This document shows positions 14,586 to 28,940 of a DNA stretch of 64,000 bases, piece by piece. The notes under the pieces are model-generated. The model was not told the DNA's origin, made no database searches, and saw only the letters and a list, made by a program, of their open reading frames with translations. Source of the stretch: Eledone cirrhosa (Eukaryota); assembly GCA_964016885.1 (NCBI GenBank), contig OZ024742.1:135346001-135410000 (forward strand). Reading direction: 5' to 3'. How positions within the stretch are numbered: position 1 is the first letter of the stretch; every line of letters starts with the position of its first letter. A program made the translations under genes and the position numbers.

Positions 14586-15895
14586 TAATGATAAAGACGC
14601 TTTAAGCAGAACGCGTGCATGACTGAGCACATATATTCACGATAGATGGGTGGCTGGTTCGATGACTTTATTTGTGGATGTGGCTGGAATAATGAATGGC
14701 AAATTTGATTTTTTATCTTTTGTTGGGTTTGTGCAAGGAACGTAAAGGCCTGTGACTACAAACTGCGAGCTATTCAGCCTATCGTTCTACTTATATTAAT
14801 ACGTACGTCACCAGATTAATACATGGCCCCTGTTGACACTGGAAATTAAAGCTGTCATTTCATAACTTTTAATGAGACCATGCAGCGGTACTTTCTCTAT
14901 GCCTTCTCGCTGTTTTTAATCACAATATATAGTTGGATTTAGGCAGTAATAAGAATGAGACAAAGAGAGAACGAGAGAGAGACTGAAATATAGAGAGAGA
15001 GTAAGAAAGAGAGAATCAAAGTAAGAACGACGAATATATAATTGTTACTTTTTTATCGACACCGAAAGGATTAATCACAAATTTGACCTCAGCAGAATCT
15101 GTATTCAGAGAAAAGAATACTTGAACAAATGCCCTACTTCTTTCTACCCAACACACACCAGCACTTTTCTAAATTAGCTAACTTGCCAATAGTAATAATG
15201 ATAATCATTAACCATAACAATAAAACCTAATTCCAGAAGAGTCGTCAAGTAATTGAGAACAAGTGTAACATATTTAATTTCGCGATGTACTGATTTATAC
15301 GAGGATAAAAATAAAGCAAATTCATTACCATATAATAAAATAAAAGCTTTGTTATTTTCGGTTTGCTAGACTTTTTTCTATTTACAAATATATAATTCAA
15401 TTGATATATTATTAAATGTTTACAATTATACTTAATATATTTATATCTGTATATAATCTATTTAATATTCATATATGATCTATTTCATATATTTTGTTTT
15501 ATTAAATCGATCAATGGCAGACTCGATGCTGCAACGTACAACATACTGTTTACTATATCTTCTTATCATATGATGTTCTTTATGTCGTTTTTCGAAGGGA
15601 GGTCAACGCTCAATTTAGTACACTTTATATTTCCTTATTCACATTTCGACTATGAAAGTATAGCGATGCCAGTTTCACAAATGTGTATCTCGGTAAATGT
15701 ATTTGCTTTCTTATTTTACATAATTTTAGAGTTGCTTGTGCATAGCCTATTGAGTATCCTAATCTTAGTTTAATAACAAAAACGGCGGTCCCTGTAACTT
15801 TCAAATGACACGGTATGTCTCCTCGCCTATTTTTCAACACGGTCTTAGCGTTCTAAATCCCATACTAAACTGATTTCTCAATCGATCCTCACCAG

Positions 15896-16030
15896 ATATC
15901 GGTTGCACTCAGCCGGACGTGTAGCAGGGATCGCTTAACCGGTGTAGACTACAAATGCAGAGATCAATTTCCTAGATTCCTGGCTGCCGATAGGAATCAA
16001 CGTGGTTTGGAGTCAGAATACAATGAGCTG
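15896..16030 (+). CDS. Candidate internal host exon, 135 nt, phase 0-0 (ISVALSRTCSRDRLTGVDYKCRDQFPRFLAADRNQRGLESEYNEL)
   Basis: Pyrimidine-rich CAG acceptor and CTG|GTGAGG donor; one fully open frame; locally higher GC. No flanking in-frame exons identified. Confidence 0.3.
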
Positions 16031-16368
16031 GTGAGGACTCTCACCAATCCATTGCTGTAAATGGGTAATTTATTCATCGACTCCGAAAAATGAAAGGAAA
16101 TTTTAACCTCGGCAAGTTTTGAAACGAATGCATAACGATATGGTTTTAAAATACAGTGCTTTTTACCAGCCACTTTAACGATTCAGCTACTTCGCTGCCG
16201 CTTGTTCAATTATGGATCCAAAAATGTAGAACCCCCTAGAAGCATCCTATTTGATCTATAATCATCGCATCTTTTGTCATGAAGGCCATACTTAATCTAT
16301 TGTTATTGCCTTTAATACGGTTATTACCTCCAGTTAAAAATATTTTTCAGTGTCTATATATATATATA

Positions 16369-16423
<55 letters not shown>

Positions 16424-17910
16424 GTGCGTGTATATTTGTTTTGTTACATAGCAATTGCTTGTAGAGTAATTACACCATATTTTGATGCATTTGTATAGCA
16501 GAACGGTTGAATTCAGTGCAAAAGAGTGATGCGTAGAACAATTTTATTTAATTTTGTATTAGAAGGAATTGTAATATATCTCATGTATTTAAATATTACT
16601 TCATATCTCAGGGCTGCAAACGGTTCCAATATTTCATCAAATGTCTTCATATTAACTGTTTAATATAATTTCTTTTGCGTGAGATTAAATCTTTAGGATT
16701 CCCTACATTGCCTTTAGGAGATGGTAAAGTTATTAATTTTTGCAAATGAAAATATCATAACCTTATCAAAATTGTATACGCATATTTGCTAAATTAGAAA
16801 ATTAAAATTAATAATCTCTAACAGTGACAACATACCATAGATTTAAGAACAGGATGAATTAATTAAATCAACATAGATACTTGTATGGTACGTATTTTCA
16901 CCAATCTGCAAGAGAGAGCTTCATATTCAATTACAGTTGGACCCTTATGCATGAATAAAAAGTCGTAAACTAGACAGCGCAATACACATTCTCTCTCGAT
17001 ATACAGAATCTCCTTACTGAAAGTCATTAGAACAATGTATTCCTGTATAATTTAAATATCTATGCATTCATAGGTCTTTAACTTCACATGTATGTTTCGT
17101 GTTTAACCCAGGTCGGAACAAACCTGATTTTTTTTCAAAGAAATACAAAGCAAGAGACAAAAAGAAAGTGGGAATATAGGCATTATCAACCACTGTATTC
17201 CTGTGGGGTTTTATTTCTCAATCTCCTAAAAAAGGAAAATTGAACAGATTTTATTTCAAAAGGCAGGGAACACATACCGTAAGGCAATATATTGCGCTCT
17301 AACGAAGTTGCCAATTCGGCGCATTAATATATAAATAGGATCTTATAAGAGACAGAATAGTTAAATCGAATTACAAAAACTTTGTATTTTTCACTGTGAG
17401 TCCAAATATTACTGAGGTCACCTGTACTTTATATTCTTATTCGTCATCTAACTTTAACACAAATACATATCCATCGATAACTTTCATGGAATTCAACTTT
17501 ACTCCTCATCTGAACACCAGACTCTGAGACCTGAAGAAATAAAGTGTCATGAGCACTTCTTTGCCCTCACTAAATTGTCAAACTATAAAAATTTAAAAAA
17601 ATAAAAGAAAATGTCAAGCATATTATTCCTGAATGTTTAAAGTTAGTTTTCAGTCTCTTTACTTGGTGTGAGAATGAACTGAGATATTATGAAATAGGCT
17701 TAATAAATAACGAAATCCGGTTACAGCCTCCACTCGTGATAAGTATACTTTCCACTTAACTATACTCATCAACACGGGATACAGTTATTATCATTCAACG
17801 TTTGTCACAACTAAGAAAGAGAGGAGAGGGAGAAAGTGAGAGATGAAGAGAGTTATGTATTAGATGACAAATCGTATGACCAATTCTAGTTATAGTAGAC
17901 CATTACATCA

Positions 17911-17952
<42 letters not shown>

Positions 17953-18623
17953 ACTTATATATGAACTTACTTGCTTGTGTGTGTGTGTGTATGGGGCGTT
18001 GTTTAACCCAATATTTCCAATTTATATACCATAAAGATATGGATGTTACATTTCAATCTATACAAGTATAGCAGAACACTGAACTGAACTTACTTGCTTG
18101 TGTGTGTGTGTGTGTGTTGGGGGTTAACCCAATATTTCCAATTTACATCGTCAAATTGAGATTTGACCAATATAGCTTCTATTGTTTTGTGACCTAACTT
18201 TCGGTGAGTGCTGTGTTGGTACATTCTTATATTTATTTTCTTATATTTGTTTTTCCTCGGACATCGCTTCGGTGTGTGCGAGAGTGTGTGTACCCACCCA
18301 CACTAACTCTACAGGTTTACTACTGTGTTGATGTGTGTGTATATATATGTATATATTTTTCTTTGACCTCGAGCCGGTGTATGTGGGTGTGGAATGTGTG
18401 TCTACCCACTCACATTAACTGTGACTGACTGTATCCCTACAGATTTGATTGATGTCCAGCGTCTTTTGCAGCGATAGAAATCTGCAAACTTTTATGACTT
18501 CCACTGAAGTTAATAGCAATCGCCGTGTCTCTGACTGGTGTGTCTTCATATGAGGGAATGAATTCTGTGAGATAACATCGTTATTTTTCTCCCTCATATC
18601 AAGAATTTGAAGACAATTCATTT

Positions 18624-18697
18624 TCACCTGATGAGATCAGTGATAATCGATCATGGCTTCACAGTCGATCTATCTCTTAATGAAACATGTGTCGTGA
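18624..18697 (+). ncRNA. Degenerate type I hammerhead ribozyme
   Basis: TCAC-CTGATGA...GAAAC-ATGT-GTC-GTGA; stems I and III pair, but stem II closure is poor. Confidence 0.45.
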
Positions 18698-18762
18698 TTT
18701 AATGATTGGAATTTTACCTTGCCTTCGGATTTTCATTTATATATATATATATATATATATAT

Positions 18763-19645
18763 TAGGTATAGGATTATCCTGGATGCAGTAATGGTTAATT
18801 ACTACACTGGCTAGAGTTGATGTACAGTGAGAGGTTAATCAACGAGTTATGGAAGAATTGTTGAAGAAACTTAGTTCCTGATCCTTCTGTATTCCGGAGT
18901 GTAGATAAAGAATGAATAATAACAGGTAGACATCATAAAAAGGTAATTTATTCTGTGGGCTTACAAATGTTTCCACGGCGGTTATACACCCTAGTTATGA
19001 TATGTGCAAATTTATAACTATTCGCAAAACTCAATTATCAAATGCTGTGACCACTGTATCATCAGAGCAGAATGGTTAAAATGTACAATGTAAATACCCT
19101 TAAGTGAGGTTATTGGGGAAGATAGAGTAGAAAAGGAAGAGAGAAAAGAAGGGGAGAGGGAGAGAGAGAGAGATATGCAGGGGTTGGAGAAATGGGAGAG
19201 AGTGGTTTGTAGATATCTTAATCAAAATGTTGTGGTAGTGGTTTTATTATACTGGTTACTCATAAAGCGACCACCTTAAGCGTTGGAATTATTTATTATC
19301 ACAGAGGGCAGGTTCATAGATGTGGGAAGGGGGGGGGGGGGGCTAGGGCGAGAGAGAGAGGGGGGAATGAATAGAGAGGGAGAGATAGAGAGGGGACAGA
19401 CGAAAGCTATAGGATGGGTGTACATTGAGTTCATAGTAGTAGGCTACAAATTGCACTAAGTTTCCATTTATGGTGATTAGCAGGGTATTGTCTTGTAGTG
19501 TGGGGGAAGAGAAAGTGATTAGCTAGAAAGCAATGTTATAGTTACGGATTAAGTTATGTTAAGTTATTTTATAGTGAGAGAATTTAGCCTTCAGTTTGTG
19601 GTTGCAGTATAATGATCGTTCGATTGTATCATTTAGTAATATATA
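18763..19645 (-). mobile_element. PLE 3' fragment (end of GIY-YIG domain plus 3' UTR with HHR)
   Basis: Translation [18 protein letters not shown] resembles [16 protein letters not shown] of the 27-kb ORF; HHR and AATAAA near the 3' end; flanked by dinucleotide repeats. Confidence 0.65.
18959..19068 (-). ncRNA. Type I hammerhead ribozyme with long stem II
   Basis: GCT-CTGATGA-TACAGTGGT...ACCGCCGTG-GAAAC-ATTT-GTA-AGC, followed by AATAAA. Confidence 0.65.
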
Positions 19646-19647
19646 AG

Positions 19648-21376
<1,729 letters not shown>

Positions 21377-21377
21377 A

Positions 21378-21778
21378 AGTTTGTCCCCCTCAGCCCGACG
21401 TGCAGCAGAACCTGGGTCAGTCGCAGATTGCACCAGGTTGCGGCTGCAGAAAGTGTCGATGCAAGTGGCATCCCAGACGAAGAGTTTGCCACCACGGAAC
21501 GGGAAGATGGTCATCCCATCTGGCCTTTTGCCGTCCCCTCGATCCAGCCCCACCGGCTCGAGCTGGGAAGGGAAGCCTGCAGCGTCCAAACCATGCTTAA
21601 TGACCTCGTTGAAGGCATTATGGCGTGGAATGCGTCCGGCACTTTGGCGACAGGAAAGCGTGTGGAGGCCGAAAGATTCCACGGTGGAACCGCAGCGACA
21701 TTGGTGTCGCTGGCAGATCCGGAGGCCGAGCCTCAGGGAATCGCCGATTCGTGCCAGTAGAATCGGTTTCGAGTCTCA
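21378..21778 (-). mobile_element. CRE-clade non-LTR retrotransposon fragment (Zn knuckle plus restriction-like endonuclease)
   Basis: CRCGSTVESFGLHTLSC..RHN..EP..KRPDG..WDATC motif; GC-rich island abutting the Neptune RT. Confidence 0.8.
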
Positions 21779-22360
21779 AAAATAAATTGAAAATCCTTGC
21801 TGGCTTCCATTGAAAAGATAAACTCTCGTCAGAAGGTTCTTTTCATTCGGAGAATATAAAATTCCCGAGTTCAAATTACGAACTGGCGCTATTCAAAATT
21901 GTTCCCGAGATGAGAATAAATGATGTGGAAGCAATTCTGTCCAGTGCCGTGTGTAAAGATAGATGCAGAGGCAGGGGGTCAGTCTACTACCACTATAAAT
22001 AGCAGTAGTCAAAATGACCAGCTTTCATATCGACCAGGGGGAGATTGATAATAATAAGGTGTATATCCCTACACCCAAAAAATGAAAAGGATCACACATG
22101 TATTATCCAACCATATGCCAATGTGGTTCAATGGCAGGTTAATAAATTAACGAGCCAGAACATATGTATTCAATGTTTAGCAAATAAGAAAAAATTCAAA
22201 TTAAATTTCAAAAAATTCACTGTACTTACTATGGTTACGCTTACCGAATCGGTATGTATATATATATATAATGGAAAAATTTGAACAGGGACAAAACAGA
22301 GAGGCAGTACAACGAACGTTTATTAATTTCACGCTCTGGAGAGTGGGGTGTTGGTGGGGG

Positions 22361-22393
22361 ACGACGTTTCGGGCATAAGCCCTTCCTCAGGTG
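22361..22393 (-). ncRNA. Penelope-type minimal hammerhead motif
   Basis: CTGAGGA-A-GGGC-TTAT-GCCC-GAAACGTC; intact core and stem II, but stem I only 2 bp; lies in a probable PLE 3' end (~22290-22860). Confidence 0.6.
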
Positions 22394-23066
22394 AGAAGTG
22401 AGTGGGAACAGAGTTCAAAGGGTGTGTAGGGGAGTGGAGGAGAGACATATAGCGAAAGGAAACGGTGCGAATGAAAAAATAAAAAATAAAGATAAAAATA
22501 AAAATAAAGCATGATCAAAATACAAGGAATGAGATAAATTTAAAAATAAAGGCATGATCAAAATAAACTGAAATTAAAAGGGGAGTAAACAGGTGGTGGA
22601 AGGGTGTGGGTGTGTAGGGGTGGTGGCGGGTGGAGTGGGGAGAGGGAGACGGGGTGTCCGAGCGGGGACGGCTGAAGGTGGTGTGTGTGTGTAGGTGTGC
22701 GTGTGTAGGTGTGAGTGTGTGTGTGAAAGTAAGGGTTGGGGGAAGAACGGGGTTGCATGTTCAGGTAGAGATGTGTCCGGTGGGGGGGGGATTCGGAGTG
22801 TCTGTGCGTGTGTGGATAGAGGGGTGGGGGGAGAGGAATCAGGAGGCTGAGGGTGTAAATATGTGGTGGAAAGCACATATATGTATACAGATGTACAGTA
22901 GTATGTATATATATATACATACATGCACACATATATATATATATGTACGTATGGATTCACCGAACATTTACTATAATGTTCGGTGAGTTTGTAAACAAAC
23001 ATCCCGAATTAAGCCGCACAGTGTCTGGCAACCATCGTTGCTCATTTGTTCAACACTGACAATGGA

Positions 23067-23109
23067 ACGCTGTACTAGTTTCACGCTTATTAGCTATCGT
23101 CAGCAAAGT
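23067..23109 (-). ncRNA. Hammerhead ribozyme (mutated copy of 23576-23618)
   Basis: ACTTTG-CTGACGA-TAGCTAATAAGCGT-GAAACTAGTA-CAGCGT. Confidence 0.65.
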
Positions 23110-23575
23110 ATACCTTCCTGCCAGATGGTTGAACGTCTGAAAATATATACTTTCCTTATGCATATTAACGACCGAGCAGCCTAATTTGAATATCGAGTGA
23201 GTTAATCGGCCGGGGTACGAAAACGATAAAGACACTGTGCGGTTTAATTCGGGATGTTTGTTTACAAACACGCCGAGCATTTTAATAAATGTTCAGTGAA
23301 TTCATACGTACATATATGTATGTGTGCATGTATGTATATATATATACGTACTACTGTACGTCTGTATACATACATGTATGTACGTATACATACTTATATT
23401 TAAGTAACAGCCATACTAAGAGTGAGAAATGAAATTTCGTTTCATTTTTTCCGTTTATTGTTTTCAGTACCCCGGCCGATTAACTCACTCGATATGCAAA
23501 TTAAGCTGCTCAGCCGTTAATATGCATAAGGAAAGTATATACTTTCAGAAGTTCAACCATCTGACAGGAAGGTAT

Positions 23576-23618
23576 ACGTTGCTGACGATAGCTAATAAGC
23601 TTGAAACTAGTACAGCGT
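23576..23618 (+). ncRNA. Minimal type I hammerhead ribozyme
   Basis: ACGTTG-CTGACGA-T-AGCT-AATA-AGCT-T-GAAAC-TA-GTA-CAGCGT: 6-bp stem I, palindromic stem III (ACTAGT), GUA site. Confidence 0.85.
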
Positions 23619-23821
23619 CTCTTTGTCAATATTGAACAAATGAGCAAAGATGGTTGCTAGACACTGTACGGCTTAATTCGGGATGTTTGTTTACAAACAC
23701 ACTGAGCATTATAATAAATGTTCGGTGAATCCATACGTACATATATATGTGTGTGCATGTATGAATATATATATACATACTACTGTACGTCTGTATACAT
23801 ATATCTATGTACATATATATA

Positions 23822-23869
<48 letters not shown>

Positions 23870-23879
<10 letters not shown>

Positions 23880-23890
23880 AAAGCATACAT

Positions 23891-23925
<35 letters not shown>

Positions 23926-24138
23926 CATACACTCATACATACACACACACATATATACACACATATATGTGTATATAAATACACACATACACATACATGT
24001 ATACATATATACATACGCACATAAATATCAACACATCCATACATACAAATACATATATACAACCACACACTCATATATACACACATACATACATATAGAC
24101 ACATAAATATATATATATATACACTTACATATATATAT

Positions 24139-24214
<76 letters not shown>

Positions 24215-25063
24215 ACAAGCTTACACATACACAAACATAGCCATACACACATAAATATACATACATACATACATGTACACAATCATACATACACACGTAC
24301 ATGCATACACATAGATAAATGCACTCCTGTACATATTCACACACGCAAATAAATATAAGAAAAAAATATAAGAAAAAAATATATATAAAAATATAAATTA
24401 TTATAGAGTTGACAGCGATACAAACGGCCGATAGATGAACAGACACGCGTGGTAAGTAATACACACAAATGCACGTATACATACGTACGAAATAGTGAAA
24501 TATAGGATTTTGCTAAACTTGAGAGCCACTTCCGCTTGCCTTGACTCAAAGACTGAGATCTTCAGATGCTGTCCTCATCTGAAATCGCATCTGATCTGTA
24601 ACTGGATTGACACTCCTATGATAAATCAACCGCCTTGAACTCGTTCTCTGCTCTTTACTTTTGCTACGGTTTTTTTTTATTTTGCTGAATCTACGTTCTG
24701 TACTCTTGTATATATTTTTTCTCCCTTATCTCCCCTTATATTTCACCTTTTCCTATGTCTTCCCGCCCCCCATATATTCTTTTTTCCTTGCCCTTCACAT
24801 ACCTATGTGTATGTGTATGTATATTTATGTGTATATATATGTATATATATGTATATATATATATGTGTGTATATATATGTATATGTTGATAGACCAGGTT
24901 TTTTTCATTCTGAAGATTGAAGGCAACATTTTTTTGCTTTTAAGAAACCACTGGTGAATGGAATAATTGCCTTATGTTGCTTATTACTTTATTACTTTAC
25001 TACTATATATATGTATATGTAAGGTTCATATGAATTATCTAAGACTGAGTTTTACACAAACAT

Positions 25064-25124
<61 letters not shown>

Positions 25125-25492
25125 TTTACATATATATATACATACATATACATATATGTGTTTTGCAACCGGTCACTTTGTGGCTCAATGAAAAATTAAT
25201 AAATTAAACAATCAGAGCTATATATCATAAAATATGTCTATAGAATCACAAGATAAAATATATACTATTTCCTCTCCCAATTAGCATAATTATCTATATA
25301 AAAAATCGAATAGACCAGGCTATAAGAATGAGGCTTCTATGAAGGAATCTCCGACAAATAACCGAAACTAGCGCTTCGCGTCGGCCGGAGCTGAATATTT
25401 ATCGAATATTTCGACAGCGTTATCGCCTAGATATAGTCAACTAAACAGGATATGTGTGTGTATGTATACATATTTATGTGTGTGTATTTTTA

Positions 25493-25547
<55 letters not shown>

Positions 25548-26250
25548 ATGTGTGTGTATAATTGTATACGTGTGTGTGTGCGTGTTCGTGCATGTATTTG
25601 TGTATGTGTATGTATGTGTTTATGTATTTGTACATGTATATTTATGTGTGAAGGTGCGTGTATATATTCACTATTTCGTACGTATGTATACGTGCATTTG
25701 TGTGTATTACTTACCACGCGTGTCTGTTCATCTACCCGCTGTTTGTATCGCTGTCAACTCTATAATATTTTTTATTTTTTTATATATATATATATATTTT
25801 TTTCTTCTTATATTTATTTGCGTTTGTGAAATGTAGAGGAGTGCATTTATGTATGTGTATGTATGTACGTGTGTATGTATGATTGTGTGCATGTATGTAT
25901 GTATATGTATGTGGGTATGGCTATGTTTGTGTATGTGTATGCTTGTACATATATACATATATATATATATATATGTATATATATATGTGTGTGTATATAT
26001 ATATATATATATTTCTATATGTATGTATGTGTGTATATATGTGTGTGTGGTTGTATATATGTATTTGTATGTATGGATGTGTTGATATTTATGTGCGTAT
26101 GTATATGTGTGTACATGTATGTGTATGTGTGTATTTATATACACATATATGTGTGTATATATGTGTGTGTGTATGTATGAGTGTATGTATATATATATAT
26201 ATATATATGGGTGTGTGTGTGTGTATGTATGCTTTTGTGTGTGTGTGTGT
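23870..26250. repeat. Long inverted repeat, arms ~23870-24499 and ~25666-26250
   Basis: Unique core 24400-24498 is the reverse complement of 25667-25765, and the flanking low-complexity pattern is mirrored. Confidence 0.8.
24904..24962 (+). ncRNA. HHR-like motif with non-cleavable GUG triplet
   Basis: TTCATT-CTGAAGA-stem II-GAAAC-CACTG-GTG-AATGGA. Confidence 0.5.
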
Positions 26251-26366
26251 TTGCATGTGTGCTTTTAGTTTATTTTTCCTTTCTTTCTTCTTTCTCCAGC
26301 CTCACATTCATATAGATTGCATTTTTGTTTTTTTAAATCCAAATTCAATAAACAGACCAGGATTTT

Positions 26367-26426
26367 TTCATTCTGAGGATTGAAAGCAAAATCTTTTTGC
26401 TCTTAAGAAACAACTGGTAAATAGAA
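26367..26426 (+). ncRNA. Type I hammerhead ribozyme (same family as 24904)
   Basis: ATT-CTGAGGA-TTGAAAGCAAAA..TTTTGCTCTTAA-GAAAC-AACTG-GTA-AAT. Confidence 0.6.
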
Positions 26427-26518
26427 TAATTGCCTTATGTTGTTTATTACATAACTATTAAGCTCTGTTACCTACATAGAGCACTCTTTTTTCCTGGACT
26501 TTTCCGACGGAATTACTT

Positions 26519-26590
<72 letters not shown>

Positions 26591-27041
26591 GTAATAATAA
26601 TAAAATTGAAGACTAAAATCCAAAGAGGGCTCGATAAGGAAAATATATATCAAATATATAAGAACCGTAGAGCAAATATTTATTAAAATAACAGATTAAA
26701 GTTTAAGCAAAGAATCGCTGCTTTCACCCTTAACGGGATCTTCTGAAACTAACAAAGTCAAACTGTAAACGCAGAACTGGATATTTCAAAAAACGTTGCA
26801 ACTGGAGGAAGACAGGAAGACGATACTTTGGTTCGTGGTAACATTCGCTGGCAAAGAAGGGGAAAAAACGAATAATACGTCATTAATAGGAGCGGTGAAA
26901 AACAATTACGCGCAAAGACAGAACCACGTTTATGGTATAAAAGAGGTCGTAGACTAATGTTCTCTTAGATCTTTCTTTATTACGAAGCATTTTCCCCCTA
27001 CACATAAATATAGTAAAATTTTTAATAGAAATACTATTAAA

Positions 27042-27587
27042 ATGTCTTACTCTACGACTCCTAACCTTGCACATAACATCACAGCTTCAAATTTAGCTAA
27101 ACTACCTAGCCGTAGGAACACGTGCAACCCTGTAGTTAGTACTAACTGTAATTGTAGGAATCGGGCTGATTGCCCCCTATCCGGGAAATGCCTCTCTAGT
27201 AACATTGTCTACAAATGTAAGGTTGTAACACCCACGTCCCATAGGGCCTACATAGGGTTAACCGCCAATAGTTTCAAGCAGCGTCTTTACATGCATACCC
27301 ATTCTTTTCGCTACCCTCTAAGAAGGAATATGACGTCACTTTCAGCTTATATCTGGAGTCTAAAAGAAAACCACACCCAATATAAGTTACACTGGAAGAT
27401 CCTAGCTAGGGCTAGATCGTATAACGGAAATAAAAGACCATGTGACCTCTGCGCCGCTGAGGCCCTGGAAATACTCTACGCCACAGACCGCATCTTAAAC
27501 AAAAAATCTGAGGCAATTTCGGCTTGTAAACATAAATTGCACCAAACTTTCCTGTATTACAGCCCCACGTTATACCCTAACGGATAG
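27042..27587 (+). CDS. PLE GIY-YIG endonuclease ORF, copy 1 (no RT; frame continues upstream as KHFPPTHKYSKIFNRNTIK)
   Basis: CNC..CPL.G.C, IVY..YIGLT..FKQR..H, CDLC..E..LNK.SE..CKH. Confidence 0.8.
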   Translation: MSYSTTPNLAHNITASNLAKLPSRRNTCNPVVSTNCNCRNRADCPLSGKCLSSNIVYKCKVVTPTSHRAYIGLTANSFKQRLYMHTHSFRYPLRRNMTSLSAYIWSLKENHTQYKLHWKILARARSYNGNKRPCDLCAAEALEILYATDRILNKKSEAISACKHKLHQTFLYYSPTLYPNG

Positions 27588-28570
27588 CACGACCTATACG
27601 TGGATATTTTACGTCTTGATGTGGGAGCTAAGTATATGTTTTGTTTATTCCTTTACTTATTTGCATAGGTAAGTATATATTACCCGTATGTTTTGTGAAG
27701 GTTTGTATACTTTCTCGTACGTATATTTGACTGTTATGGCGTATAATTTTTACATAGTCTGGTATTTAGGGTTTGGCTATGTGTATACGGGAGTTTCGCG
27801 TCTGCGTGAGTATGCAGGTTCGTACGTATGGTGGGTGTGTGTATATGTGTACTTCTTGTTTTAGTTGACTTACGTCTCCGATCATCCGTGTATTTATATG
27901 TAGGTATGCGTGTGCGCTTGTTATATACGTATTTATTTACTTATATACATTGATATATAATTATTTATTTATTTGTACACAAGCATACACACACACACAC
28001 ATATTTATATGTGCGTGGTTTTGTATACCTATGGTAAGGTTTTGCGTATGCTTGTGTATGTACGTATCTGTTTGCATGTATGTATTTATTTGTTTCTATT
28101 ACTTCTGTATTGTATTTATTTACTTTGTTCTTAACTCTGTAGCGGAGATTAATTTTAGTCTACGACTTCTGCTATACCATTTACGTGGTTTTGTCTTTGC
28201 GTGCTATTGTTCTCCACGCTCCACATATGACTTATTATCTTCGTTTTTTCGTTCATTGCCAGAGAACGTCTCTATGCACCACCTAAGAGAACATTAGTCT
28301 ACGACCTCTTTTATACCATAAACGTGGTTCTGTCTTTGCGCGTAATTGTTTTTCACCGCTCCTATTAATGACGTATTATTCGTTTTTTCCCGTTCTTTGC
28401 CAGCGAACGTTACCACGAACCAAAGTATCGTCTTCCTGTCTTCCTCCGGTTACAACGTTTTTTGAAATATCCAGTTCTGCGTTTACAGATTGACTTTGTT
28501 AGTTTCAGAAGATCCCGTTAAGGGTGAAAGCAGCGATTCTTTGCTTAAACTTTAATCTGTTATTTTAATA

Positions 28571-28635
<65 letters not shown>

Positions 28636-28644
28636 GTATATATA

Positions 28645-28719
<75 letters not shown>

Positions 28720-28722
<3 letters not shown>

Positions 28723-28940
28723 ACCACACCCAATATAAGTTACACTGGGAGATCCTAGCTAGGGCTAGATCGTATAACGGAAATAAAAGACCATGTGACC
28801 TCTGCGCCGCTGAGGCCCTGGAAATACTCTACGCCGCAGACCACATCTTAAACAAAAAATCTGAAGCAATTTCGGCTTGTAAACATAAATTGCACAAAAC
28901 TTTCCTGTATTACAGCCCCACGTTATACCCTAACGGATAG
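28720..28940 (+). pseudogene. Shorter 5'-truncated GIY-YIG C-terminal fragment fused to (TA)n (repeated at ~31550-31770 and ~34353-34573)
   Basis: [21 protein letters not shown]; slightly diverged from the long copy. Confidence 0.85.

Larger units (their letters stand above)
22875..23822. mobile_element. Non-coding ~430-bp HHR-bearing repeat (retrozyme/pLTR-like): minus copy ~22875-23229 plus ~1.3 plus-strand units ~23230-23822
   Basis: Direct and inverted self-similarity; HHR in each copy; no meaningful ORF. Confidence 0.75.

Noticed and set aside
22030-22060. AGGGGGAGATTG resembling an LTR-element polypurine tract
   Set aside because: No recognisable LTR pair or integrase motif nearby
27950-28297. 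115-aa hydrophobic ORF repeated in each array unit
   Set aside because: Low-complexity T-rich PLE 3' UTR; the conservation only reflects recent duplication
27588-28573. SECIS/selenoprotein feature reported for some Naiad PLEs
   Set aside because: No in-frame TGA in the visible ORF and no convincing SECIS fold found by eye
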